Assembly (NCBI GenBank): GCA_963831685.1
Contig: CAWHRJ010000015.1
Location: 62,305-126,304 of the forward strand
Reading direction: 5' to 3'
DNA length: 64,000 nt
From: an uncultured Pseudomonadota bacterium
GTDB taxonomy: Bacteria; Myxococcota_A; Polyangia; Fen-1088
Shown: positions 9,129-22,277 of the stretch, piece by piece
Layout: the number at the start of each line of letters is the position of its first letter
Position numbering within the stretch: the first letter of the stretch is position 1
The notes under the pieces: model-generated
What the model was told of the DNA's origin: nothing
The model's database searches: none
What the model saw: only the letters and a program-made list of their open reading frames with translations
Program-made: the position numbers and the translations under genes

Positions 9129-10075
9129 GCCTCGGGAGAATCGGGGCTGCGGGCAAGCTGTTCTTCGCCGGCGAATACGGCGTGCTCCAGGGTGGCACCG
9201 CGGTGGTGGCCGCCGTCGATCGGCGCGTCTTCGCCCGATTCGTTCCGGGCGGCGACCCCTCCTCGCCGGTGGTCGCCGAGGCGATCGCCGCGGTGCGAGC
9301 CCACTGCGCCGCGACGGGCGCCTCGCTGCCCGACGGCGCGCCCCAGATCGACAGCGATTCGCTTTCGGAGGACGGGCGCAAGCTCGGCCTCGGATCGAGC
9401 GCGGCCGTCGCGGCCGCCGCCGTGGCGTCGCTGCTCGAGGTCGCCGGCGTCGACGTCGAGGCCGAGCAATGGCTGACCTTCGTGCTGGCCGACCGCGCGC
9501 ACCGCGCGGCGCAAGGGGGGCGCGGCTCGGGCGCCGACGTGGCGGCGGCGATCTTCGGCGGTGTCCTCGCCTACACCCGCCCGGAGGTGGGCGCGCCGAC
9601 GGTCCGCCCGCTGAAGCCGCCGGCCGCCGTCACGCCGGTGGTGGTCGGGACCGGCGCGCCCAGCGCCACCGTCGACCACGTACGCGCCGTCGAGCGGCTG
9701 GCGGCGCGCGATCCCGGGGCCCACGCGCGGCGCCTGCGCGAGATCCGCTGCGCGGCCGATGCGTTCCTCGTAGCCTACGAGGCGAACGATGGCCCGGCGC
9801 TGCTCGGCGCCGTCCGGGCCGCCCACGAGGCGCTCGCGGCGCTGGGGCGCGACGCCGACCTGGCGATCGTCACCCCCGTGCTCGAGGCCGCGGCCGCGCT
9901 GGCCGTGGAGCTGGGCGGGGCCGCCAAGCCTTCCGGCGCGGGCGGGGGCGACGTGGGCGTCGCCTTCTTTGCGGATCCCGATGCGGCGCAGCGCTTCCGG
10001 TCGCGCGCCGACCGGCACGATCTCCGGATTCTTAGTATAAATAGCGGCGCGCCCGGCCTCGGGCGCGGGCGGTAG
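9125..10075 (+). CDS. mvaK2: phosphomevalonate kinase (ERG8/MvaK2 type)
   Basis: GTG start overlapping the mvaD stop (GTGA). GKLFFAGEYGVLQGGTAVVAAVDR, KLGLGSSAAVAAAAVASLL and KPSGAGGGDVGVAF. Confidence 0.75.
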   Translation: MSLGRIGAAGKLFFAGEYGVLQGGTAVVAAVDRRVFARFVPGGDPSSPVVAEAIAAVRAHCAATGASLPDGAPQIDSDSLSEDGRKLGLGSSAAVAAAAVASLLEVAGVDVEAEQWLTFVLADRAHRAAQGGRGSGADVAAAIFGGVLAYTRPEVGAPTVRPLKPPAAVTPVVVGTGAPSATVDHVRAVERLAARDPGAHARRLREIRCAADAFLVAYEANDGPALLGAVRAAHEALAALGRDADLAIVTPVLEAAAALAVELGGAAKPSGAGGGDVGVAFFADPDAAQRFRSRADRHDLRILSINSGAPGLGRGR

Positions 10076-10085
10076 AAAGGCAAGA

Positions 10086-11314
<1,229 letters not shown>

Positions 11315-11318
<4 letters not shown>

Positions 11319-12352
11319 TCCGGCGGATCCTGCGCGGCGGCCGCGAGGCCCAAGGGGCGACGGCGACCGGAGAGACCGACGCGCCGGCCGGCAAGGGCGG
11401 GGCGCCGTCGCTTTCACCGGTGACGAAGCCGCCCATCCGCTGGCTCGACCCGCCGCCCGGGCCCTGGACCGTCGAGCGCTCGTACGCCTATTGCGAGGAC
11501 TTCGTTCGCGCGCACACCGAGAGCTATCCGGTCGCGTCGCGCTTCGTGCCGCTCGAGCTGCGCCCGCACCTGACCGCGCTCTACGCCTTCGCGCGCAGCG
11601 CCGACGACTTCGCCGACGAGCCGGAGTACGAGGGGCGGCGCACCGAAGCGCTCGATCGCTGGGAGGAGGCGCTGCAGCGCGCGGCGCACGGCGACGCCGA
11701 CCACCCGGTGTTCGTCGCGCTCGCCGACACCATCGAGAAGCGTGACCTGCCGATCCCGCCGCTCGACGACATGCTGACCGCGTTCCGGATGGACATGGAG
11801 ACCAGGCGCTACGCGACCTTTCAGGCACTGCGCGGCTACACGGTCCGCTCCGCCGATCCCGTGGGACGCCTCTTGCTGGCGCTCTTCGGCTACCGCGATC
11901 CGGCGCTGGTCCGCTTCGCCGACGAGATGTCGACGGCGCTGCAGCTCACCAATTTCTGGCAGGACGTCGCCGCCGACGCCGCGCGCGACCACATCTACCT
12001 GCCGGCCGAGGACCTGCACCACTTCGGGGTCACCGAGGCCGAGCTGAAGGCGCTCAAGATGACGCCGGCGCTGCGCGATCTGCTGCGCTTTCAGGTGACG
12101 CGCACGCGCGGCCTCTACGAGCGCGGCCGCCCGCTGCTCGAGAAGGTGAGCAAGGACTTGCGGATGGAGCTGACGCTCATCTGGCTGGTCGGCACGACGA
12201 TCCTCGACAAGATCGAGGCGGCCGGCTACGACGTCTTCGCCCACCGGCCGTCCATCCGCCGCCGCGACCAGGCCGTCATCATGGCGCGCGCCGCCAAGGA
12301 GTGGGCGAGCACCCACCTCGACCTCGGCGCGCTCAAAGCCCTCTGGCCGTAG
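11315..12352 (+). CDS. squalene/phytoene synthase family protein, HpnC-like
   Basis: ATGA overlap with the HMGR stop. YAYCEDFVRAHTESYPVASRF, Asp-rich SADDFADE and second motif LQLTNFWQDVAADAARDHIYLP, which resembles HpnC more than CrtB. Confidence 0.65.
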
Positions 12353-12393
12353 CGGACGCGGAAAACGCCGGAACGATCTAATCTTTCGGCCCG

Positions 12394-13785
12394 GTGGGGT
12401 TCCTCTCCTCGATGACGAGCACGCGCCGCTTGCTGGTGACGGCCTTGGCGCTGCTCGTGCTCGCCGGGGGCTGGGTCGGTTTTTCGCGCTGGCGCGCCGC
12501 GAACAAGAAGCCGCCGGTCGAGTTCGACACCGCCGCCGTCGATCGCGGTCGGATCGTGGCGCGGGTGACCGCCACCGGGACGCTGTCGGCGCTGGTGACG
12601 GTCCAGGTCGGCACGCAGATCTCGGGGACGGTGCAGAAGCTCTTCGCCGACTTCAACTCGACGGTGAAGAAAGGACAGCTCATCGCCAAGATCGATCCGC
12701 AGCTGTTCGAGGCGGCGTTCGAGCAGGCGCAGGCGAACTACCAGGCCGCCGAGGGGAACGTCGCGAAGGCCGAGGCGCAGGAGCGGGACGCCGGTCGGCA
12801 GTTCGACCGCGAGAAGGCGATGCTCGACCGCAAGCTGGTGGCGCAGGCTGACTACGACACCTCGCAGGCGAACCTGGAGGTGGCGCGCGGCTCGTCGGCC
12901 GCCGCGCGCGGCTCGCTGGCGCAGGCGAAGGCGCAGCTCTCGCAGGCCAGGGTCAACCTGGACATGACCCGCATCGTCTCGCCCACCGACGGGACGGTCA
13001 TCTCACGCAACGTCGACGTGGGCCAGACCGTGGCCGCCTCGCTGTCGGCGCCCGTTCTGTTCGCGATCGCCCAGGATCTGCGGAAGATGCAGGTCGACAC
13101 CTCGGTCGCCGAGGCCGACGTGGGCAAGCTCAGCGCCGGGATGCCGGCGAGCTTCACCGTGGACGCCTTCCCGGGTGAGCGGTTCAAGGGGAAGGTCCGG
13201 CAGATCCGGAACGCGCCGCAGACGGTGCAGAACGTCGTCACCTACGACGCGGTCATCGACGTCGACAACGCCGACCTGAAATTGCGGCCCGGAATGACGG
13301 CCAACATCACCTTCGTGTCGGCTGAGAAGGACAACGTCGTCCGGGTGCCGAACGCGGCGATGCGCTACAAGCCGACGCCGGAGATCTTCACCGCGCTCGG
13401 GATGCCGGTGCCGCGCGGCGTGCGAGATCCGGCCGATCGCGCCCGCGGCGGTGGGGGAACCGGGAACGGTGCGGGGCCCGGCGGCGGGACGCACGGCAGT
13501 GGCGGACCGGCCGGTGGCGGCGCGCATGCCGGGGGTCCTGGCGCGGGTGCCGGGCGCGCGCGCGGAGATCGCGGCGACGGACCGACCGACAGGCGCACGG
13601 TCTGGGTGCTGCGAGGCGGGCAGCCGCAGCAGATCTCCCTGCGCATCGGGCTCTCCGACGGGAGCACCACCGAAGTGGTCGAGGGTGATCTGCACGAGGG
13701 CGATCAGGTCATCGTCGACGCCTCGACCTCGGAAACGGCGCCGGGGACGCCCGCGAGCTCCGGGGGCATGCGGCGGTTGTTCTAG
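12394..13785 (+). CDS. macA: efflux transporter periplasmic adaptor, MacA-like (HlyD/RND MFP family)
   Basis: 463 aa with signal/TM, VTATGTLSALVTVQVGTQISGTVQKLFADFNSTVKKGQLIAKIDP, coiled-coil hairpin, beta-barrel part and a Gly-rich tail. Alternative ATG at 12412. Confidence 0.8.
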   Translation: MGFLSSMTSTRRLLVTALALLVLAGGWVGFSRWRAANKKPPVEFDTAAVDRGRIVARVTATGTLSALVTVQVGTQISGTVQKLFADFNSTVKKGQLIAKIDPQLFEAAFEQAQANYQAAEGNVAKAEAQERDAGRQFDREKAMLDRKLVAQADYDTSQANLEVARGSSAAARGSLAQAKAQLSQARVNLDMTRIVSPTDGTVISRNVDVGQTVAASLSAPVLFAIAQDLRKMQVDTSVAEADVGKLSAGMPASFTVDAFPGERFKGKVRQIRNAPQTVQNVVTYDAVIDVDNADLKLRPGMTANITFVSAEKDNVVRVPNAAMRYKPTPEIFTALGMPVPRGVRDPADRARGGGGTGNGAGPGGGTHGSGGPAGGGAHAGGPGAGAGRARGDRGDGPTDRRTVWVLRGGQPQQISLRIGLSDGSTTEVVEGDLHEGDQVIVDASTSETAPGTPASSGGMRRLF

Positions 13786-15795
<2,010 letters not shown>

Positions 15796-15800
15796 AGACG

Positions 15801-17135
15801 ATGCGTAAGCTCTTACCGCTCGCCCTGGTCCTGATCGCCGCGCCCGCCGCGCACGCGGCCGAAGGTCCGGCCGACGCCGTGACCAACGCGCCGGTCGTCA
15901 CTCTGGCCGAGGCGGTGCGGGCCGCGCGCGCGCATCAGCCGTCGCTCGATCTGGCGCGCGGCAACTCGGTCACCGCCCGCGGTCAGGCCGATCAGGTGCG
16001 TGGGGCGCTCTTGCCGCAGCTGAGCGGGACCTTTTCCTACAAGCAAGGTACCGGCAACTACGTTCCGCAGCCGGGCGGAATGGCGCAAGCGAGCGGTCAG
16101 GCGCTCACCTCGTCACTGTCGACGTTCGGGCAGTGGTACGGGGGCCTCTCGGCCAACCAGCTGGTCTACGATTTCGGCGAGACGATCAACCGCTGGAAGG
16201 CGGCGCGGGCGGCCTCCGACGCCGTCGACGCCACCTTGCAGACCACCGAAGCGCAGATTGACTACAACGCGCGTTCGACCTTCTTCACCGCGCGCGCGGC
16301 CAAGGATCTGGTCGGCGTCGCGCGCGACACGCTGGCCAACCAGGAGAAGCATCTGGCGCAGGTGAAGGGCTTCGTCGAGGTCGGGACCCACCCGGAGATC
16401 GATCTGTCGCAGGCGAAGGCCGACAGAGCCACCGCCGAGCTCCAGGTCATCACGGCCGAGAACAATTATGCCGTCGCCAGAGCGATGCTCAATCAAGCGA
16501 TGGGGGTCGAACGCTCGGTCGACTACGACCTTTCCGACGAGGAGATGCCGCCGGTCCCCGAAGAAGACGCCGAAGTCGAGACGTTGATCGACGACGCCAA
16601 GCAGGCGCGTCCTGAGATTGCCAACCTCCGCCTCAACCTGAGGAGTCAGGAGCTCGGATTGCGTTCGGCCCGCGACATGTACTGGCCCGCGTTGAGCCTC
16701 TCCGGCACGGCCTACGACAGCGGGCCGTATCTCAATCGGACGAACTGGAACTTCTATGGCCTGGTGACGTTGAGCGTCCCCTTGCTCCAGGGAGGGGCCA
16801 TCGACGCGCAGATTCACCAAGCGCAAGGGCAGGTGGTGCAGGCCCAGGCGCAGCTCGAGACGGAGCGGCAGCAGGTGCGGCTGGACGTCGAGCAGGCGCG
16901 GCTCGGCATCCGCGCGGCCAAAGCGGCCATCACCGCCGCCGACGACGCGCTGGCGAACACGCGCGATCGACTGCGCCTGGCCGAGGGGCGCTACACGACC
17001 GGCGTCGGCAGCATCATCGAGCTCGGCGACGCTCAGGTGGCGCTCACCACCGCCGCCGCGCAGAAGGTGTCGGCCCAGTACCAGCTCTACACAGCGCGTG
17101 CCCAGCTGTTGAAGGCGCTCGGCAAGAACGACTAG
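15801..17135 (+). CDS. TolC-family outer membrane efflux protein
   Basis: Internal ATG of ORF 15558..17135. Signal peptide [22 protein letters not shown], two repeated TolC halves and C-terminal [15 protein letters not shown]. Confidence 0.8.
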   Translation: MRKLLPLALVLIAAPAAHAAEGPADAVTNAPVVTLAEAVRAARAHQPSLDLARGNSVTARGQADQVRGALLPQLSGTFSYKQGTGNYVPQPGGMAQASGQALTSSLSTFGQWYGGLSANQLVYDFGETINRWKAARAASDAVDATLQTTEAQIDYNARSTFFTARAAKDLVGVARDTLANQEKHLAQVKGFVEVGTHPEIDLSQAKADRATAELQVITAENNYAVARAMLNQAMGVERSVDYDLSDEEMPPVPEEDAEVETLIDDAKQARPEIANLRLNLRSQELGLRSARDMYWPALSLSGTAYDSGPYLNRTNWNFYGLVTLSVPLLQGGAIDAQIHQAQGQVVQAQAQLETERQQVRLDVEQARLGIRAAKAAITAADDALANTRDRLRLAEGRYTTGVGSIIELGDAQVALTTAAAQKVSAQYQLYTARAQLLKALGKND

Positions 17136-17151
17136 GACCGCGGAACCTTCG

Positions 17152-17868
17152 TCAGTAACTCAAGGCGAAGGAGATCCGGAAGAAGCCGCCGCGCGCCGCC
17201 AGCGTGCCGACGTCCAGCGTCCCCGCCTTGCTCTGATCGGCGCCCAGCGGCGGCGCGAGCACGAGGTGCTGGGCGGGCGCCCACCCGTAGCCGCCGTCGG
17301 CGACCAGCCAGGCCCCCACGTGGACGCTGCCGAGATCGCCGAAGCAGAAGGCGCCCCCCGCGCTGGCGTCGAGCGAGAACAGATCGAAGTCGGCGCTCAA
17401 CCCCGACGCCGCGGGGGACGAGGCGTCGTTGATGGTCGCCGCCCCGTGCAGGAGACCGGGGGCGAGGCGCGCGAAGAGGTAGAACCGCGACGCCGGCTGG
17501 TAGCGCCCCTCGGCCAGCGCGGAGAGGCGCGTGAGCGTCAGGCTCGAGGGCGCGCCGCGCGCGGTCGCGCTGGAGCCGCCGACGTCCAGCCCCACGCCGG
17601 CGACGAAGGCGAGGCGATCGCGCCGCACCACCGCGCGGGTGCCGGTGAGCGAGAACTGCACCAGCCCGTCGTCGGTCGAGAAGGGGTCGTAGCCCGCGCT
17701 CTTGATGAACATCGTGCGGACGCCGGCCGTCACCTCCCAGACCGGCGGCCGCACCGCCGGGCGGGCTGCCGCCTCGATCGCCGGCTGGGCGTGCGCGCCG
17801 GTGGCGCCCAAGCCCAAGATTGCCAGAGCCATCGCTCCGACGAATATCGCGCAGGGTCCCGACCTCAT
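17152..17868 (-). CDS. outer-membrane beta-barrel protein (hypothetical)
   Basis: 238 aa with signal peptide ending AHAQP, alternating beta-strand pattern and C-terminal FFRISFALSY with a terminal aromatic residue. ATGA overlap with the upstream gene. Confidence 0.6.
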   Translation of the reverse strand: MRSGPCAIFVGAMALAILGLGATGAHAQPAIEAAARPAVRPPVWEVTAGVRTMFIKSAGYDPFSTDDGLVQFSLTGTRAVVRRDRLAFVAGVGLDVGGSSATARGAPSSLTLTRLSALAEGRYQPASRFYLFARLAPGLLHGAATINDASSPAASGLSADFDLFSLDASAGGAFCFGDLGSVHVGAWLVADGGYGWAPAQHLVLAPPLGADQSKAGTLDVGTLAARGGFFRISFALSY

Positions 17869-19520
17869 GGCGCACCTCCCAGGAGCAGACCGGCGTAGAG
17901 GCGCCTCTTCGCGTCGTCGGGCGTCGTCGCGTCGTAGACCGTGGCGCCGACGCCCCCTTCGTCGTGAAGCACGATGACGGCCGGGTCGTTCTCCGCGCTG
18001 GAGACTTCGTATACGCCGGCGACCGGCCGCTCGATGAGCAGCGATTTTGGCAGCTCGTCCTCGAAGTGGGTGGCGAAGACGGTCGTCCCTCCGGGGACGA
18101 AGGTCCAGACCTGATCGCCCAGCGGCGAGACCGAGAGCGCGATGTTGGCGCTCGCGGTCTCGAGCGGCGCCGCCGTGCGGTTCGTCAGATTGAGAATATA
18201 GAACGCATTGGCGCTGCGGGTCTGCAGCACCTTGAGCGTCGTGTTGGGCGTCGGGACGTCGAGCACGTCCGCGACCACGTCCGTGATGCCGATGGTGTCG
18301 ATGCTGCGGTAGGGCTGGCAGCCCGCCTGCCCCAGCTCCCAGAAGGCGACCCCCTCCTGTCCCTGGACCGAGGTGCCGTTCCAGAGCAGCGCCACGTCGG
18401 TCGGTGGGGCGGCGCCGCCCGCGGCCCCGCCGCAGCCGCTCGCGGTCCCCAAAGAATCGGTCACCACCGACATGCTTTGATAGGGGGCCGGGAGCGTCAC
18501 GTCCTGGGTCAAGTTGGTGACCGGATCGATCAGCGTCGCCTTGCTCTTGGTGGGGACCAGGGCGCCGAGGCGCAGGCCGCTGTCGGTGCGGACGAAAGCG
18601 ATGTCGCTGGCGATCCCGCCGACATCGGTCAGGTTGACGGTGGGAAGGAACCCGTTGCCGATCGGGTTGCCGCTGGCATCGAGGTTGGCGACGAACTGCA
18701 GCGCCACGACGTCGTTGTCGTTGGCCAGGCGGACGCCGATGGCGGCGCCGGTCGACGCGTCGCCCGGATAGATGGCAATCCCCGCGGGCGTGAGCAGCTG
18801 CGTGTCGGAGCCGTTGGTGAGCGGGACGGTGATCTCGGGGGGCGGGCTGGGAAGGTCGAGGCGGAGCAGGGAGATGTCCTGGTCGGACTCGACCACCAGC
18901 AGCGGAATCGGGATAGAGCCGATCGGCAGCGCCAGCGGCGGCGTGAAGGTGAAACGCTGGGGGTGGCCGCCGAAGCTCATCAAGGTGTGCACGACGGCCG
19001 TCGTCGGGCCGGGCGGCTGCGAAAGGTCGACCATGGCCAGCTCGTTGGGGTTCTGCACGAACGGCTGGTTGTTGCCGTCGCTCGGATAGAGGACCAGCCA
19101 GCGCCCGGCCGGGTCGATGGCAAGCCCGGCGAGCGGGTCGGTCACGTTCGTGAGGTCGTAGCGCGCGGGGGCGGCACCCGCGGCGATGACGGTCACCGAC
19201 GGAGGCTCGTCGGGCTGACGGTCGCCCAGCCCGGCGCGGTGGCCCCCCGAGACGACGTACAGCTTCGTGCCGTCGGGCGAGGCGGCCGCGTTCAGGATGT
19301 TCACCCCGACAGGAACGGACGTGGTGGTCAGGTTCTGATCGAGGCCCACGGAGAGCAGCACGACCCGATCCGCGTTCGCGTCGACCAGCGCGACCTCGCC
19401 TCTCAGGTTGAAGGTGGGGGGCGAGGAAGCGACCGGGCTCGACCAGAACGTGGCCTGACCGCCGCAGCCGGCTACCAGCAGCGCCGCCCAGACCAGCCGG
19501 GGTGGCAAGGTGCGGTTCAT
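17865..19520 (-). CDS. beta-propeller repeat lipoprotein (YVTN/YncE-like), hypothetical
   Basis: Real start MNRTLPPRLVWAALLVAGCGG (lipobox) inside the 1120-aa ORF 17865..21227, whose upstream part is junk. Repeats such as AASPDGTKLYVVS, LAIDPAGRWLVLY and SVSPLGDQVWTF. ATGA overlap at both ends. Confidence 0.6.
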   Translation of the reverse strand: MNRTLPPRLVWAALLVAGCGGQATFWSSPVASSPPTFNLRGEVALVDANADRVVLLSVGLDQNLTTTSVPVGVNILNAAASPDGTKLYVVSGGHRAGLGDRQPDEPPSVTVIAAGAAPARYDLTNVTDPLAGLAIDPAGRWLVLYPSDGNNQPFVQNPNELAMVDLSQPPGPTTAVVHTLMSFGGHPQRFTFTPPLALPIGSIPIPLLVVESDQDISLLRLDLPSPPPEITVPLTNGSDTQLLTPAGIAIYPGDASTGAAIGVRLANDNDVVALQFVANLDASGNPIGNGFLPTVNLTDVGGIASDIAFVRTDSGLRLGALVPTKSKATLIDPVTNLTQDVTLPAPYQSMSVVTDSLGTASGCGGAAGGAAPPTDVALLWNGTSVQGQEGVAFWELGQAGCQPYRSIDTIGITDVVADVLDVPTPNTTLKVLQTRSANAFYILNLTNRTAAPLETASANIALSVSPLGDQVWTFVPGGTTVFATHFEDELPKSLLIERPVAGVYEVSSAENDPAVIVLHDEGGVGATVYDATTPDDAKRRLYAGLLLGGAP

Positions 19521-21214
19521 TGCGTGACTCCTCCGTCGGCGGCGGTTGCGCCTTGGGCCCAGTCGACGACGCCGGCGCCGATCTCGAATCCGGTCAGCGT
19601 GCGGGCCTGTCCGTTGTCGAGGCCGACCACGGTCAATCGCCCCTCGGCGTTCTTCTGCGCGACGTAGCCCTGGTTCGCGGCGGCCAGGATGCCCACCGCG
19701 ATCGGCGGGCTGGCCAGCCCGATCCTCTGGATCTCGAGGGTCGGGAACTGGCCCACGTAGACGCCGTAGATCTTCTTGGCGTCGTCGCGCTCGGTGACCA
19801 GCACGCGATCGCCGGCCGCGGTGATCGCCACCGCCTGCGGCGGGACGTCGGTCTCCTGGATTTCCGCCGGGAGGTTCGTGCCGAGCGGCACCAGGCTGAA
19901 GGCGTTGGTGGGCATCTGCGACGGGACGCCGGCGTCGGCCGTGGGCGGGATGCCGCCGTCGGTCGCGGCGGTGACGCTGCTCGCCGGCGGCGACTGGGAG
20001 TGAAACACGACGGCGCTCGAGGCGTCGGCGCTCGCGAAGACCGCCAGCACCGGCGCGTGAAGCTTGACCACCCGGTAGGCCGGCGCCGCCCCCAGCGTCA
20101 GCACGGTCAAGCGATCGGTCGCGACCGCGTTGGTGTAGAGCAGGACCGTCTTGCCGTCGGCGGCGATCGACGCCGAGCCGACCGTCTCGCCGCTGATCGT
20201 GATGTGCTGGACGAGCGACGGGTCGGGGATGCCGGCGGCGAGCGGAATGACCGCCACCTCGGAGGTGTCGCGCACGACGGCGACGGCGCTCTGCCCGTCC
20301 GCGGTCACATCGACGTCGGTGACGGGGCCCGACAGATCGATCGATCCCAGCGTGCCGGTCGTCAGATCGACGATCCCCAGCGAGGCGCTCCCCTCGCGCC
20401 GCACCACCGCCAGGCGTCCGTTCGGGGTGATCGAGACGTCGCGCGTGTCGGCGTTCTCGGTCGCGTCCTCGGTCAGCGCCACGTTGCCGCTGACGCGCGG
20501 CGCGCCCTGCGACAGGTCGACGACAGACACGCCGTCCTCGGTGACCGCGAAGGCCGCCGAGTCGTCGGCCGCGTAGGCGACGTCGACCGGGCGGAACCCG
20601 ACGGAGAGGATGGTCTTGGCGGGCGGCGCGGCCGCGAGATCGATCAGCGTGACGGCCTGATAGCCGGCCAGCGGATCGGCGGCGGCGATGTTGCGCGCGT
20701 CGGTCCAGGCGGTGACCCAGCGCCCGCCCGGAGAGACGGTCAGCGCGTTCGCGCCGGCGGCGACGCCGCCAACCGTGCTCTTGCTGAGCTGGCCGCCGGG
20801 CGCCACGCGCAGGATCGTCGCGTCCTGCGAAAGGACGTTCAGCACCACCACCGCGTCGTCGGTGGCGCTGGGGATGGCGCTCATGTAGGTCGGCGCGTTG
20901 CCCGCCTCGACGGTGTGGACCTCCAGCGTCGCGGCGGCGACGTAGGCGACGCGGCCGCTGTCTGGGTTGGCCACCCAGATGTAGCTCCCGGTCGCGACCG
21001 GCACCTCGTACGAGCTCTCGACCTCCGTCTCGGGTGGCAGCGAGCTGCCCCCGGTGCCGTTCGATGCGCCCGCGCCGTTCGACCCGCCCGACCCGGTGCC
21101 GATGCCGGTGCCGCCGCCGGTGCTGGTGCCTGGCGAATTGGAACCCCCGGAGCTGGCGGCACCCGCGCAGCCAACCGTGGCCCACGACAGAACGGCGACG
21201 ACGAAAAGCTTCAT
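19517..21214 (-). CDS. beta-propeller repeat lipoprotein (YVTN/YncE-like), hypothetical
   Basis: MKLFVVAVLSWATVGCAG lipobox, Gly/Ser/Thr linker, then repeats LTVSPGGRWVTAW, VAYAADDSAAFAVT, VSITPNGRLAVV, DVTADGQSAVAVV and SIAADGKTVLLY. The ORF-track start at 21247 adds 11 codons that coincide with a sigma-54-like motif, so either start is possible. Confidence 0.6.
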   Translation of the reverse strand: MKLFVVAVLSWATVGCAGAASSGGSNSPGTSTGGGTGIGTGSGGSNGAGASNGTGGSSLPPETEVESSYEVPVATGSYIWVANPDSGRVAYVAAATLEVHTVEAGNAPTYMSAIPSATDDAVVVLNVLSQDATILRVAPGGQLSKSTVGGVAAGANALTVSPGGRWVTAWTDARNIAAADPLAGYQAVTLIDLAAAPPAKTILSVGFRPVDVAYAADDSAAFAVTEDGVSVVDLSQGAPRVSGNVALTEDATENADTRDVSITPNGRLAVVRREGSASLGIVDLTTGTLGSIDLSGPVTDVDVTADGQSAVAVVRDTSEVAVIPLAAGIPDPSLVQHITISGETVGSASIAADGKTVLLYTNAVATDRLTVLTLGAAPAYRVVKLHAPVLAVFASADASSAVVFHSQSPPASSVTAATDGGIPPTADAGVPSQMPTNAFSLVPLGTNLPAEIQETDVPPQAVAITAAGDRVLVTERDDAKKIYGVYVGQFPTLEIQRIGLASPPIAVGILAAANQGYVAQKNAEGRLTVVGLDNGQARTLTGFEIGAGVVDWAQGATAADGGVTQ

Positions 21215-21231
21215 GCGTCCATGGCACCGAG

Positions 21232-21246
21232 GCAACGCTCGTGCCA
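21232..21246 (-). promoter_or_regulatory. candidate sigma-54 promoter (-24/-12): TGGCAC-gagcg-TTGC
   Basis: The minus strand reads gaga TGGCAC gagcg TTGC ctcggtgccatggacgc ATG(21214). This is an exact match to TGGCAC-N5-TTGC, 17 nt upstream of the lipoprotein ATG. Confidence 0.45.
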
Positions 21247-21304
21247 TCTCGCCCGCCGCGAAGTTGTGCGGTCTTTTGCCTGCGCGGGACGCGAACTCGT
21301 CAAA

Positions 21305-21328
21305 GAACGCGACATCCGTGTCGCGTTC
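21305..21328. promoter_or_regulatory. 10-bp-arm perfect palindrome GAACGCGACA-tccg-TGTCGCGTTC (candidate EBP site, or terminator of the upstream gene)
   Basis: Centred about 72 bp upstream of the -24 element. Half-site-like ACGCGAAC recurs near 21287 and GAACGCGAAC near 21399. On the minus strand it is followed only by TTTGAC. Confidence 0.35.
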
Positions 21329-21409
21329 GTCGGCACCGTCTACTTGCGAAAACGCCCGCCGGCCCGGCCGAATGCCGGGCGACGGGCGCTGCCGTGACGA
21401 ACGCGAACG

Positions 21410-22159
21410 TCAGCGGTTGCTGCTGCCGGGCGTGCTGTAGCCCGGCCGGGTCACGCCGTCGGCGTTGCGGAGCGTGCGGCCCCGCGTGTCTTCGATCTCC
21501 GCCTCCTCGTGGCGGAGGCTGGCGGAGGCCTCCTTCTCCACCGCCTGCACGACCGGGTGGACCACGATCTGCTCGCGTACGCGCGAGCGCTTGGTGACCT
21601 GCACGTCCTCCTCGTGCAACGGCATGTCGAGCGTCTGCTCCTGGAACGCCAGCTCGGACGCGACCTCCTCCCCGGACCCGCTAACGCGCTCGATGACGAC
21701 GTCCTCGCGGGTGACCGGTACGCTGAAGTGCTTCTCCTCCGTCTTTACCGTCTTGTGGATGCGGACGTGCCCGGTCTCGCGGGACACTTTCTCGATCCCG
21801 ATCTCCTCTTCCATCAGCGGAATGCGCACGTCCTCCTTCCTGCTCGTGCCGACCGCCGCCGCTCGGGGTGGCGGCGCCGGCGGGACGGCCGCCGCGCGTG
21901 CCACGGCTGGGGCCGTCGCCACCCGCGCGGTTTCGGCGAGGGCGCCGAAGCGCGAGTCGACGTCGGACAGCGAGTACGACAGCTGATCGCCGCTCTGCGC
22001 GGTGATGTGATCGTAGCGAAGCTCGTAGTCCTTCGGGAAGAACACCCCCTTCTCGACCACAAAGGTCTCAGCGCCCGTGCGGATGACGTTTCCGAGGCGC
22101 TCGCCTTTCATGCTTGTGACGGCCATGCCCGCGCGTACCTCGTTTCGAGTCCATCTCAT
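21410..22159 (-). CDS. YsnF/AvaK (DUF2382) domain stress-response protein
   Basis: VRIPLMEEEIGIEKVSRETGHVRIHKTVKTEEKHFSVPVTREDVVIERV, plus a second repeat LDMPLHEEDVQVTKRSRVREQIVV. The N-terminal part is PRC-barrel-like. Confidence 0.7.
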   Translation of the reverse strand: MRWTRNEVRAGMAVTSMKGERLGNVIRTGAETFVVEKGVFFPKDYELRYDHITAQSGDQLSYSLSDVDSRFGALAETARVATAPAVARAAAVPPAPPPRAAAVGTSRKEDVRIPLMEEEIGIEKVSRETGHVRIHKTVKTEEKHFSVPVTREDVVIERVSGSGEEVASELAFQEQTLDMPLHEEDVQVTKRSRVREQIVVHPVVQAVEKEASASLRHEEAEIEDTRGRTLRNADGVTRPGYSTPGSSNR

Positions 22160-22277
22160 CGGCCACCTCCTCCTAGTTCACCCGGAAATTGGTGCAACCG
22201 AAGGGCCGTTCCAAAGGCCGCGCTCGGTTCGGCCCGGCGGATGCAACAGGCAAGCTTCAGGAAAGCGAGGGTGCTCA

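Noticed and set aside
13440-13570. Gly-rich low-complexity repeats (also 21050..21150 and GGSLGGSLGGS at about 23815..23850) as possible CRISPR or tandem-repeat arrays
   Set aside because: They are in-frame linker regions of MacA, the lipoprotein and the Rieske protein. No repeat-spacer periodicity exists anywhere in the window.
21214-21247. The ORF-track start at 21247 (MARALPRCHGR-MKLF...) taken as the definite start of the first lipoprotein
   Set aside because: Not rejected outright. I placed the start at 21214 because the extra 11 codons coincide exactly with a TGGCAC-N5-TTGC motif and MKLFVVAVLSWATVGC is already a complete lipoprotein signal. Either is possible without TSS data.
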